Source: Anthoceros angustus (taxonomy: Eukaryota; Plantae; Anthocerotophyta). From it: a stretch of 64,000 bases of DNA. Position 1 is the first letter of the stretch, and each line of letters starts with the position of its first letter. The position numbers were made by a program, and so were the translations under genes. Below the pieces are notes generated by a model, which was not told the DNA's origin, made no database searches, and worked only from the letters and a program-made list of their open reading frames with translations. Below are positions 38,350 to 49,849 of this stretch, piece by piece. The DNA lies in contig VJWM01000288.1 in NCBI GenBank assembly GCA_010909165.1, positions 1 to 64,000 of the forward strand, given 5' to 3'.

Positions 38350-40452
38350 ATGCAACAATCGAGTCTGCAGCTTGGCAGTCCGGCTCAGTCATCACCGAGT
38401 AATGGATTTTTCGGGCCACGAGCTTCACCTTTGTTTTCCTCGGTGGATCAGCCGGATCCAGTGACTGAGGTACCACAGCCAGCAGTCTCCGTGGCAGTAA
38501 GCCCCATCAGCTCGCAAGATCGAGATCATGCGCCTCCGATGCAGCTCGCCAATGCTCAGGAAGGCTTGAGCTCGGCTATCCGTGTAATTTCCAGCATCCG
38601 AGCTGACTCAGCCCTTATCCTTGAGTCTTTTGACGAATACACCAGGGTCCCCTATGGCAGGAGCAGAGAAGAGGTGGATTCAGCATTTGATTCTGTTGAC
38701 AGGAGTTTTCAGTTGCTGAAAGCAAAGGGTAAGCAATGTCCCCGTCTGTTGCCATGAACAATTGGCAGGCCAGCTAGGATGGACCTGGGAGGTTCTAGGG
38801 TTAGGTTGATTTCTGCTATGTGGGAGCTTGCCTGACTCCACAGTGGTATGTTTCCTTTCAGTGAAGGAGTTGGAAGCAGCAGGACTGCTTGTAGGAGCCG
38901 TGCAACGTTACAACCATCACCAACCTTGGGACTCTAAAACACAGCTGATCTGCACGGATGGTGCTACAGGAGCATATGCATGGAAGCGGCACATTGCAGG
39001 TCAAGCTGCTGCCACAGCAGTGGACAGGAGCAGGTAAGTTTTTCACAGCCTCGTCATGCCATGTCATATGTTTTAATTTTTGCAGAACCTATGGCAGGCT
39101 CCAGGTAGCAGGTGGACTAAAAACATGTTGTTGTATCATGCCTGTGAGAAAGTGAAATGACAAGAGATGTATGTGAGATTTGATCTTGCTGCTGATGCAG
39201 GTTAGCTGTGAAGTCGTTCGAGGAGCAAAGGAAACGTTTGTTCCCTCGTTTTAAGAGAGTTCCTTGTTATGAGGAGAGGCCTGCATGCAAGAAGGACGAG
39301 GATGCCGAGGCGTCAAGTGCTGGTTCCCATCTGGCAAACTTGTTGAAGCGCTTGAAAAGAGAAGCTCCAGTCATCACAGTCGCACCGTTGCAAAGGCTGG
39401 ACTGGGCCAGACAAGGTGGTGTGAGGAGTGGTCCAGGTGCTGTTGGAGATGGCAATCTTCCTGCTGTGAAACTGGACAGCTTGCCATCAACCTCAGGCCC
39501 GTGGAGCAGTACATCACCAGGTAACCATGCAAGTGATGGTGAATCCAAGGCCACATACATGGAGAAGGTTACAATCCTGGATGTGAAGATTGGTGTGTCA
39601 GCAAGGGCCGTCATATCCCTCCTACCCGCAGGCTCTGTCTACCCTGATGCCTTGGCCTTCTTCGCCGCGGACGAGGTATATGTCAGCCCTCAGCTCAGAA
39701 GCTCAATTCAGACATGGTTGGCTTGAGGACGAGAAGGCAATGTGGCTTCCTTCCACTTATCTTTGTTTCTAACTAGACACTGCGTATGTTTGTTAAGGTT
39801 GGGAGCCAGGTGCATGCATGGGGAGTATCACAGCACGCACTATTTCAAAGACTATCTGTAAGTGACATGGACATGACAGAGCATCAGCCTGTTGTGTATG
39901 CTATGCACGGCATTGCTGAAGAGACAGCCTGTGTGTGATGCTCACAGGACTTGGGGGTGAATGCCCTGCACTACTTCAGGCGGCACGACAAGGATTCATC
40001 GCTGGAGCTACTCCTGGTACTGGTTTTTGGTTGCAGTACGTGGCATTAGTGTTAGTGCGGGGGGAGCGAAATGTTGTTGTCTTGTCCCTGTGGTGGCAGT
40101 GATGGTGGAGTGACTGTGTGTGGGGGGGTGTGTTTGGGTGCAGAAGTGGATGTCTTCGTATCGCTCGCTGTTCACAAAGCCCTGCTGGTAAGCCCCTGCA
40201 CTCCGCAACAAGCAAGGTGCTTAAAGAAGTGTGGTTACGGAAAGGGGCCACCTAACTAACCAACATGGGGTGGCGTGCAGTACTTGCCAGCGACTTCTGG
40301 GCCGCGACCCACCAACCGACGTGCTGCTGCCGCCGCTGGTCCGTCCATACTGGCAGCTGCATCTGCATCTGCATCTCAAGCCGGACGACTCTGTGGCGGA
40401 CGCGGTCCCGGCTTTCCACGTCTCGTGCGCGGCGACGCCAAATCCGCTGTAA
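38350..40452 (+). CDS. MED27: Mediator subunit 27 (multi-exon)
   Basis: LICTDGATGAYAWKRHIAGQAAATAVDRSR|LAVKSFEEQRKRLFP, PDALAFFAADE, VHAWGVSQHALFQRLS, WMSSYRSLFTKPC, TCQRLL..LLPPLVRPY..AFHVSC match plant MED27 blocks; GT-AG introns. Confidence 0.9.
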
Positions 40453-40641
40453 CAGCCTTCCCCTCCAGATTAGCGAGCTCCAGTCTAGGTGTAGCAAGTA
40501 GAAGCAGGGCAGGGCCAGGGCCAGGCTAGCCAAGGTGTCGGCGCCTGAGTCATTGTACGAGTGACAGCGAGACGGGATCTTGTGCTCCCAGTCTCGAAAC
40601 AGGCTCCTCCCGTTGAATCCGCCTGTTAGCGCGCGGTTACC

Positions 40642-40674
<33 letters not shown>

Positions 40675-41731
40675 GTGCGGAAGTGTGGCGTTAACGGCCC
40701 AATCACAGGCGCGGCATGTGGCGTTGACAAGTCCATCCAGGCTTGGTTGCGTTCACGATCGGGGCGGGAGGGTGGGGAGGTGGCGGGCCCCGCCTCGCCC
40801 CGACAAGTATCCTGTGACTCCTGGCGCCAAAGAAGCGGCGCAAAGAAGCGTTGGCACGGCATTATGGTGGCGAGGGGAGGCGAGTGTGCCACTGCGCGCT
40901 GATGATGGTGGTTGGTTAAGCAAGCCAATGAGTGAAGGGGGCGGGCGCTAAGGCGGTTAGCGGCACGGCATCATGGCTGGGAGTGGACTGGCAAAGGATA
41001 GGAAAAGGATTAGCGGAACTGAACTAAGAAGGAGAAGCGGCGATGGCTGCCCGCCGCTCTGCTCTATCATTGCCATGTTTGTTTTTCCTTCCCCCGTGAG
41101 TGTGTATTTTCTTTTTCTTTTTCTCTCCCGCTTTGTTTCTTTCTACCGCCCGGCCTCGGCCTCGGTCCCGGCCCCGGCAGCAGCGGCCCATATTATTCCC
41201 TATTACTTCCTCAATCATATGCTGCTCGGCTCGGCCCGGCCCGGCCCGGCCCGGCCCGGGCAGGTCAGGGCAGGGCAGGGCAGGGCAGGGCACCAGGCCA
41301 GTCCAGGGCCGGGCCAGGCCGCTCAAGTACGTGTTTGACATGCATGCCCACAATCCTTCCTTTCTGTGGACGCTTCCGGCTTCCCGACCAACGGATGAGA
41401 ATCCCCGGCCCAGCAACTGGATCGCTGGTACACGCTGCTGTATATACTGCTTCTGCCCCATCACCTTACCTCACCCACAGCACAGATTCAGGGCCAGCAG
41501 ATGATCGCATCCCATCCGATCATCCGATCCAGGTCCCCTCCTGCTGTCTTCTTCCCCACCTTCTTCGTCCTCCTGCTCTTCCGTCGCCTTCTGCTGCCCT
41601 GTCACTTGCTTGCACCACCAGCTTGCTTCACATGACAGCCAGCGCACAGGCCAGACAAAACCGCACAAGGGACAAGGCATGAGCAAGTTCAACAACAGCA
41701 CTGCCCAGTCAAACTGATTCCCACGCATGTA

Positions 41732-41733
<2 letters not shown>

Positions 41734-41762
<29 letters not shown>
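41734..41762. repeat. (TG)n microsatellite
   Basis: About 14 TG units read directly. Confidence 0.95.
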
Positions 41763-41766
<4 letters not shown>

Positions 41767-42604
41767 TATGGATGGATGTATCTGTGTACGTCAAGATCGC
41801 AATTTATTGTAGGGAGACCAGGTGGGGAATAATCTCACTTTGCCCTGTATTACAAGAGGGCACAGGTATCTATCAATATCTCGCGCCTATGCTACACAAA
41901 TACTTAGACGAGGGGCTGGGCTGCTGCTGCAAAACCAGCAGCACACGCTACCTCGCGTTCCTCCTCCTACACTGCAAAACTTGTCTGGGCGGACACTTAG
42001 CTTCGGTGCTCTGCTACTATACGCCGAGCCAGGAGCCCGCCCAAAGCCTCTCTAAAGGTACCATCCTCTAAGGTAACCCTTCACACTCTGCCGCTGCCGT
42101 TCTTCTCCTCTGCTGGCTGCTTCTCGTCGTGATGTGACAGTCCCCGGATGCCATAGCTTAGCTATAAAGAAAGAACCCAGAGCGCAGCTCTGGGTGATAT
42201 TATCTCATACCGTAAGAGTAAAATTGCCCAGCACACACACTTGCTTGCCTCGAGTCCTCCGCCGTCCTCTTGGCCTGACCTGTGCGTGCTGGAATATGGT
42301 TACTACCATACACAGCTCAATGCTGGGCCCGGTGCATTGAAGTCTTGTATCAGCAGTAAGAAACTAATACGCCCCCTAGGAGGATGGAGGATGGATACCG
42401 CCAACTCTTGTACCTCCAACCTCAGCACTGGAAAGGGCCCGGATCCAGTGTTCTCCATTTCTCCTCATGGCAGTATTGGGGGTAAGCCATCCCCCCTCCT
42501 TCTCCCTCTTCCTCTCTACCCCACTTGCATAGGCTGCCTTGCAAACTGGTGACCTTCAAAAACGCTGAAGGCAGCCCACTCACACAAAACTGACAGAAAG
42601 GGCC

Positions 42605-44494
42605 TCAGCAGCAGTTCACCCCGATCTCCGACACATCTGGAAGGGTGAACCAGTCCAGAGCGCCATCGTCCACAAAAGATACATCAGAAAACTCCTCGTC
42701 GGGCAGGGTGTAGACATCGGGGAACTCCAGCATCCCGTCCACCGTTGTATCGTTGCCCACCACGTCAAAAATGAGATCCTGGTTGAAGAGGCTGTTCATG
42801 CCCTCCAGAGACTCCAGCGAGCTGGAGTTGATGGAGTCGGTACACTCACTGCCCACTGAACCCTCCAAAAACCCAGAGTCCGGGCTGGTTGCAGATCCTT
42901 GCGACCCGGGCATCATGTGCTGCTGCTGCTGCAACTCGGGATGCTGCAGGCCACTGCTCTTCATATCCTGCTCGCTCAGACTGCAGGTGGCCTCGCACAG
43001 CTCTGCATCGTCATAGGACGTTCCCACCATATCGTCGTACTCGCAGAAGCCCTCCTCCAGCTGCCGCAGCATCTCTGCCGACGACACGTCCATCTCCTCC
43101 CCAGGAACACCAACATACAGGAGCCCATCCTCGCAGCAGTCCAGACAGTAGTCATCGAAGTCCGGGGTGGACCCTTCCTCCAGCGAGCCCTCCTCCTCGG
43201 GAAGCTCGTGCTTCACCATCACAGCATCCTCCATTATATCGCACTCCTCCTCCATCACCAACTCTCCATCTTCCTCCTCCACATTCTCTTCCTCTTCCTC
43301 CTCCTCGTCAAAGTCCCCACTCCGCCGAAGCTCCAGCATCAGCTCCTCCTCCAGCAGCCTCTCCTCCCTCCTCCTCTCAGCCTCCTCCTCCTCCAGAGGA
43401 TCGTCATCGTTCACCAAACACTCGGTGGAGAGCTTGCATTCTTGCACAGCGATGCAGCCGGGGGCCAGCACATCGGGCTTGGCCTCGAACTCATCCTCCT
43501 CGTCCCCGCTCCCGCACCGCTCCTCCACCGCCTCAGCTTCTTCCACTTCGTCCTCAATCTGCGGCTCCTCTTTCGACTGGACAGCAGGCAGAGCAGGCGC
43601 CACATTGGCCGGCGTCCCGGAGAAGTTGGTATGAGCCTGAGGCCCTCGGATCTGGCGGGCAGCCTTGTCGTAAGCCTGAGCAGCTTCCTCCGCGGTGTCG
43701 TAAGTGCCAAGCCACAGCCTGACGCCCTTGGAGGGGTCGCGGATCTCGGCAGCCCACTTCCCCCAAGGCCGTTGACGGACACCTCTATACTTCTGCACCT
43801 TCTGCTGCTGTTGGTGCTGCTGCTGCTGCTGCTGCTGTCGAGCCGAGGAGGATCTGGAAACGGACACAGTCTTCTCGGCCTTCCGCAGGGGAACTTCTTT
43901 CCCCACTGCCTCTGATTGACGCCTGCCACCTCCCCGCTTCAAAGTCTTCTTCGCTGCCACTCTGTCCGACTTCTTTCTTCCCTGCACTGCGCCCGGGTGT
44001 TGCAACTTGGACAAGAAATTGGCGGCATTGGTGACGGGCAAAGGGAGCGGTCTGAGGGCAGCCGCGGTGAAGACGGAGTGGTAGCTGGGCACCTCCTGCT
44101 CCTGCTCATGCATCTGCTCCTCCTCAGAGCTCTCCTCCTCCTCGCCATCCTCCTCTTCCTCCTCCTCGTCAGCGTCCTCCTCCTCCTCCTCCTCTCCCTC
44201 AGAGGACGGGGAGCAGATGTCCGGCACATGCCTGCTCCGGCTGATAGGCCGCAGCAGGCGGGCTGTGCCGAAGCCGAAATTTGTGTGGTCGTCGTCGTCG
44301 CTGGAGGAGGAGTCGGCGGCATCGGGATCGGTGCAGATGACCCGCACCCGCTTGGGGCAAACCTGGAACTTGCCCACCTTCCATTCCTCCTCCGAGTCGG
44401 ACAGGTACTCTCGCTTGAGAGATTTCTTGCCAATCTTCGGCGTCCGCTTTACCAGCGTGTTAGATGATTTTGGTAAAGTCTGAGGGCCTGGCAT
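42605..44494 (-). CDS. AP2/ERF transcription factor with CRF domain, intronless CDS, 629 aa
   Basis: CRF motif [23 protein letters not shown]; AP2 domain [57 protein letters not shown]; long acidic C-terminus. Confidence 0.96.
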   Translation of the reverse strand: MPGPQTLPKSSNTLVKRTPKIGKKSLKREYLSDSEEEWKVGKFQVCPKRVRVICTDPDAADSSSSDDDDHTNFGFGTARLLRPISRSRHVPDICSPSSEGEEEEEEDADEEEEEEDGEEEESSEEEQMHEQEQEVPSYHSVFTAAALRPLPLPVTNAANFLSKLQHPGAVQGRKKSDRVAAKKTLKRGGGRRQSEAVGKEVPLRKAEKTVSVSRSSSARQQQQQQQHQQQQKVQKYRGVRQRPWGKWAAEIRDPSKGVRLWLGTYDTAEEAAQAYDKAARQIRGPQAHTNFSGTPANVAPALPAVQSKEEPQIEDEVEEAEAVEERCGSGDEEDEFEAKPDVLAPGCIAVQECKLSTECLVNDDDPLEEEEAERRREERLLEEELMLELRRSGDFDEEEEEEENVEEEDGELVMEEECDIMEDAVMVKHELPEEEGSLEEGSTPDFDDYCLDCCEDGLLYVGVPGEEMDVSSAEMLRQLEEGFCEYDDMVGTSYDDAELCEATCSLSEQDMKSSGLQHPELQQQQHMMPGSQGSATSPDSGFLEGSVGSECTDSINSSSLESLEGMNSLFNQDLIFDVVGNDTTVDGMLEFPDVYTLPDEEFSDVSFVDDGALDWFTLPDVSEIGVNCC

Positions 44495-44600
44495 CTTCGG
44501 CCCGGCACCGCCTCAAATCCGTGATTAGAAGGTAGACAATGACAATGTGTAAGCCACCAGAGACACAAGCGTTGATGGCGACAGAGAGGCGGTAGTGCAT
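44460..44600 (-). promoter_or_regulatory. Upstream ORF (46 aa) overlapping the CRF start codon out of frame
   Basis: ATG at 44600 to TAA at 44460: [46 protein letters not shown]. It lies just downstream of a putative 5'UTR intron acceptor (TTGCTCAG, ~44633-44640). Confidence 0.6.
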
Positions 44601-47010
44601 GAAGAGGGCTGTCAAAGCCCGTCGCAGGTGACCTGAGCAACCAGGGCCACCCAGAATGGGTCAGACTTTCTCCTCACCACCACATCCAGCGCCATCCCCA
44701 CACCTCTCCCTTCCTCTCACCACAACTAGGCAGCTGGCAGGCTTCGCAACAAGAAGCAGAATGAAGAAGAGGAAGGAAGCAGAGATGAAAAAAAAAACAG
44801 CACCAAGTACCCAATGCAGCAAAGCAATCCACCCAGGCAGCTAGCTATCGCTACCTGTCTTGAGCGCGGTATGAAGGCGATAGTGCATGAAGAAAAGCTT
44901 GCAACAAGCTTCAGGCAAAAAATTCCCCGACTCCCTCACTCCCCACCGCAGCACAAGTCCGGGACCATCCACGGCTCTACCGCCCACAACCCAACAAAAC
45001 CCACCACGACGGAACGCAGGCAGGCAAGGCAAGCAGAGGAGAGTCGGGCTGGACGGGGGGCAAGGAAGGAGGGCTCTCTCGCTCTGGCCCAGGCCCTTGC
45101 TGGCTCGATGTGGGTTCCAACGACAACACGAGGGAAGCCAGGCAGCCAAGCAGCGAGCGCGCAGACGGAGAAGAAGCGAGAAGCAGCAAGCAGAGGCGGG
45201 GCAGGGGGAGAGGAGAGCAGAGAAGAGCGAAGAGCATGCGGCGGTGTGATGCTGCCGCTGCTGCTGCAGCTGCTTGCTGCTGCTGCGAGGGGTGCAGTGC
45301 CTGGGAGCGAGGGGAAAGACACAGCAAATGCCTCGGGTGGCAATATAAGGGGACGCAGGCGTTGGCGTTTGCCAGCTTGGCCGAGCCCGACATCTCTCTA
45401 CATTACATGTAGGTACATACTACCCCTTTCCTTCGTTGCTTCCCAGTCGCTTCCAACCTTCCCGCCACTAGCCAGGAGCGGAGCCGGGGAGGCGACTACC
45501 GTATCTCACACACTACCCTACACAATGCACAATGCGCAATGCGGAGAGGCGTCGAGACCGCCTTCCAGTGAAGTCCCGCAGCCGTTGTATCGCAGACGCC
45601 GGTTAAAGATAGCCGACCAGCTCGGCCGCTCGGACAGATTCCCACCCTTGTTTCTTTTTCCTTCGTCCTTTTCCTTTTTGGGAGCATATGATCTGCTGTG
45701 TGTGCTGCTGATGAGGCGGCCTGCCACAACCCTCCAATGTACTTGCTACCGGCTGGCCACCGGCGGAGCGCCCTTCCGCATTCCTTGGCCTTACCTTACC
45801 CGCGGCCCAACCCGGCGCATGACCGCACTTGGCGGGAACCAAGAACGGGTTGGCGGCAAAACAAGAACGGGGACCGGGGCGGTGGACAGTGGCGGAAACG
45901 ACCGGCACCGATACCGGGACCGGGACCGGGACCGGGATCAGGACCGGACCGGGGCGGGGTCGGGATCGAGATCGGGATCGGGCTCGGGGTCGGGGTCAGG
46001 GTCGGAGGGGCACGACGGCCCGGCTCTGGCCCCTGGTCGTGCATGGGCGTGCATGGCTGCTTATGGGACCGTCGGTTCCCTACGGCGGCGAATCGGGCCG
46101 AAAGGCCCTAAATTTTTGGGGCTTGTCTGTGGCCAGTCGCACGCCCGCCACGTCGCTATCGTCACCACGTGTCGGAACCGACGACTGCGTCCTAATATAT
46201 TTTGCCTTGCATTGCGAGGCAACGTGCTCCAGGCTTGGGCTCCGTTTCGGAATCTCCGCCCCGGTTGACGAACATTCAACATCCTACTTCTGCCCACTTT
46301 ACATTTTCGCATCCTTTATATTTGTTTTTTCCTAGTAGGTACAACGCCACCCTTTTTTTCTCCTCCCTTTTCACTCGCTCTAGTAGTACCAGTCTTCTTT
46401 GACCATTCTTAAAAACTTCATTGTGGCACAAAGTGCTTGATTGTACCCCAAAGATTCAATCCAGTTTAATTAATTCTTAAATGATTGGTAGTACATCCGA
46501 GTATCTTACTTATATATCATATTAATTTTATAATATTCGAAGAATATTTTTCAACTCTTTCATAGGTATAGATCATTTCCCAAAGAATCTCTTGGAACCT
46601 TCCGTCTTATTTCAAAGCACAAACATCTAGGATCCATGGTGCATAACATGTTAAGCCTATGATTTAGTTTGATATAGTGTAGTTTTTTGGGAAAAGGATT
46701 ATGTCTCATTTTAAATAAATTATCTTGAATTGGTAGTTCTAAATATATGAAAGATTTAAGTAGATACTTGACAGCTATTCTTGTGTAGGCATGAAGTGAA
46801 CTTCACCATCTCAATAATATGTTTTAAAATAATAGTTGCTTGTTTGATATATGTAATGAGTTAAGTGAGTTTTGAGCTTTAAAAACTCTTGTTCGATCCT
46901 ATGCCCGGGGAATGATTTATGTGGCGTGGTGCAAGAATTTTATCCATGACCAATACTACGCACTGTGTCAATACTACGCACTATGTCACATGTCCAAGGA
47001 AACAAGTTGG

Positions 47011-47295
47011 TTTTGAAATTTTGAAACTTGTTGCTTCATGTTGAATTATACATAGAAGTTTCGTGTGGAGGATATTTTGTGTGTCTGAATCATGTCATGG
47101 ATATTAACTCTATTTGAAATTTTGAAACATGTTCTTCACCATTGAACAGAACGTGCAAAGCAAGTGTGAATCGTGTCCAAGATGTCATCTCTATTTGAAA
47201 TTTTGAAACCGGTTGTTCAGTGTTGAGATGAACGTGTCCAAGTTGTCATCTCCATTTGAAATTTTGAAACCGGTTGCTCAGTGTTGAGCCGAACG
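47011..47295. repeat. Degenerate tandem repeat with core TTTGAAATTTTGAAAC, 4 copies
   Basis: Cores at ~47012, 47113, 47194 and 47255; the last two units are near-identical 61-mers. Confidence 0.85.
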
Positions 47296-49172
47296 TGCTT
47301 AGGATATTACGATATCTCAGAATCGTGCGAAGCACATCATCTCGAAACCGATAGTACGGACGAGCATTAAAGATGTGTGATAAGTGACGATCCGGATATG
47401 TAACCGATTGTGAAAGCTCATACGAGGGTTGGGTATTTAACCGGTCGTCAAATGTACAAGGTCCGGTCCACCGGATTGAATGGAAGTGATCCCAATGGAT
47501 GTATGGCCAGCTGCTGGAGCTACTCTCGGATGAGGCCGACACGACAAGTTGGGTGGCGTCGGTTTGATGGCGGGGCAGATATTATTGCGATCTGGGAAGT
47601 GTGAAAGCAGAGACGTGACCGCGGTGATTGAGGCGGGGGTGGAAAGTAGAGGCGTGAAATGAAAGCGTGGAGACCGGACAACGGAACAGGGCAGCCATGA
47701 CTGAGGAGATTGTGGAGGAATCCGGGAAGGAGGAAGGAGGAAGGCGGAAGGCGGAAGGCGGGGGGTGAATTTCGGTGGCCAATGGGAGGCCCAGGCTCGA
47801 GTTGCGAGGTGTGCGCCTGGGATTCCTGTCGGATTCATCTAGCCCTGGCCACCGCCAATCCGTGGCTTGCTACTCAATCCCGGGCCCCAAATATTTAGCG
47901 CTGCCAAGAGGCAAGAGGCAAAGAGGCAAGAGGCAGTGGCACTGGCGGTGGCCGAAAGCTAATTAGCCTTACAAACTCAATGACGCCGCACTAAGCAGTG
48001 GGGCCCACCATCCGCGAACTCGCCCAATACCCCATGTGCCATGCCCCGTACCCATACCCATACCCATGTCCCATGTCCCATGCCCCATTGACTTGTGGAC
48101 ACCGGGAACCGGAGGGCACCGGTCTTGGGCGCGTGCCTACATGGTGGGCTCCACTGCTCAGACTAAGGCAACGTCCGCATTGATCATTGATTTTTGTAAG
48201 GCCTGGCGGTGCCGCTGCCGGACCCCGGGTACGCTACCCTACCCGGCGACCCGGTAACCCGGTGACCCGCCCTGCCCCTGCCCCTGCCCCTGCCCCCGCC
48301 AGTTCCCATTTCCGTGCAGTTGCCTGCGCCGTTTCCCGCGCTGTTGCCGTGCCCGTTGCTTGCTGCGCAAGTACCGCGACAGCTTGCAAGCAGATGCGGT
48401 TGCGCGATCACGGGAACTGCGACACCCCCGCGCGAGGCGACGCGACGCGAGGCGAGGCGAGGCGAGGCGAGTCGTCGTGACCCCATCCGTCTGGCATCGT
48501 GGTCGTGACTCGCATGGCTCATGAGATGCGCACCACCAGCTGGCTCCGCATGGGAGGCCTCATGTTCATCACATTTTGCTCGGGGGAATCTTTAAGCATG
48601 TCGGTCATATTATCATATTATGTCACCTGTTACGTTTAAACTATGTATAAGGATGATTGTGTAGGTCATGGGGTCAAACTTTATGTTTGAAAACAGCTGG
48701 GAAGATGGTGATGGGTGAAGAGGCCGGAAGATGTGATGGGTGCAGACACATTGATGTTGTCCCCCTGTCTGAAAAAGGGGTTTTACTGGGCTCTGAGCGA
48801 GGGAGAGTGCTGGGCGTACTATGGTGATCATGCACATGCCTCTCGCCGGCCGGCTTGTCCTCGAACATTCCAGGCTTGTAGCAGACACACAAGAGTCTTG
48901 GCGGGATCTGAACCTTGCAGGCATGCTTTATGTGGAGAGAAGGTTGTGCACATCCGAGATGCAAGTGGTCCTGCAAATTTGAAAATGCACACATGAGATG
49001 AGCGCGCGGTTGTGTAAGAAGATGGGTGTTAGAGACGTCTAATGATCATATGGTGCGGTTACACATTAAAGGTGAAGCGTTAAAGGACGGTTGGCGCGGA
49101 GTAAGTTGTGAGTGTGCAGGCAGGCAGAGTAGGGTGCAGAAGATTTGAAAAACACCCAATTAGTTATCATGT

Positions 49173-49250
49173 GATACTTAAATGTGTAAGGTTGCTTTCA
49201 CCAACGGCCGGGATACTTACATGTGTAAGGTTGCTTTCGCCAACGGCCGG
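49173..49250. repeat. 39-bp tandem duplication
   Basis: GATACTTA(A/C)ATGTGTAAGGTTGCTTTC(A/G)CCAACGGCCGG twice. Confidence 0.9.
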
Positions 49251-49849
49251 GCCAGCTGTGCTTTGCAGCACAACAAGGTGGAGAACGTTAAGCTAAACCT
49301 GACATAACCAACCTCTTTGCAGGTGATGTATGCAGTAATGTAGTAACGTAGTACATGTGTAAGAACACCGACGGCCGCAACTACTTTATGTCAAGCTCCG
49401 AGGTACTGTGCTATTGCTCTGTTTCGTGTTTTATGTCAAGCTCCGAGGTACACTGATTTGTTTCGTGCGAAAGTCTGGCGGTCTTGTGACGGTCCTATGC
49501 GATTCAGAAGATATTATTGTCCTCATAAGAGCACCCAGAGCATGCCATATTCGTATAATGCTCCCATGTAACTCGTGGTACTATAAACACAAGTCATATT
49601 CACACTTACTACTACTACTACTGGGGGGTGTATTGTGTGAGGTTTTGAAATATTTGAAGTGTCCCGAGGAGTGTTGGTGAAGGCAGGCTAGGCCGCGTGT
49701 GAAAAGAGGTGAGGAGGAGCGGTGTGGTGTGTGTGATAAGGAGGCTGCCCATTTGATATGATAGAATAATAATAATATCATAAGCGGGAAGGGGGGCGGT
49801 AGCGCGTCCCAGTGATAACGTGTGGAGCCGTTTGTGGTGTGGCTGCCCT

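Noticed and set aside
42889-44467. Several long plus-strand ORFs
   Set aside because: Antisense shadows of the Glu-rich CRF coding sequence.
44814-46268. 484-aa plus-strand ORF (also 54216-55157, 313 aa)
   Set aside because: Low-complexity frames generated by GC-rich simple repeats in regulatory DNA.
47011-47295. CRISPR-like repeat-spacer appearance
   Set aside because: Spacers are homologous to each other, spacing is irregular, no cas genes, eukaryotic context.
47903-47945. AAGAGGCAGTGGCA resembling the complement of miR408
   Set aside because: Part of an (AAGAGGC)n simple repeat; incomplete match and no hairpin seen.
48870-48935. GSEPCRHAL resembling a MULE SWIM zinc finger
   Set aside because: Upstream CxC absent and no other transposase motifs.
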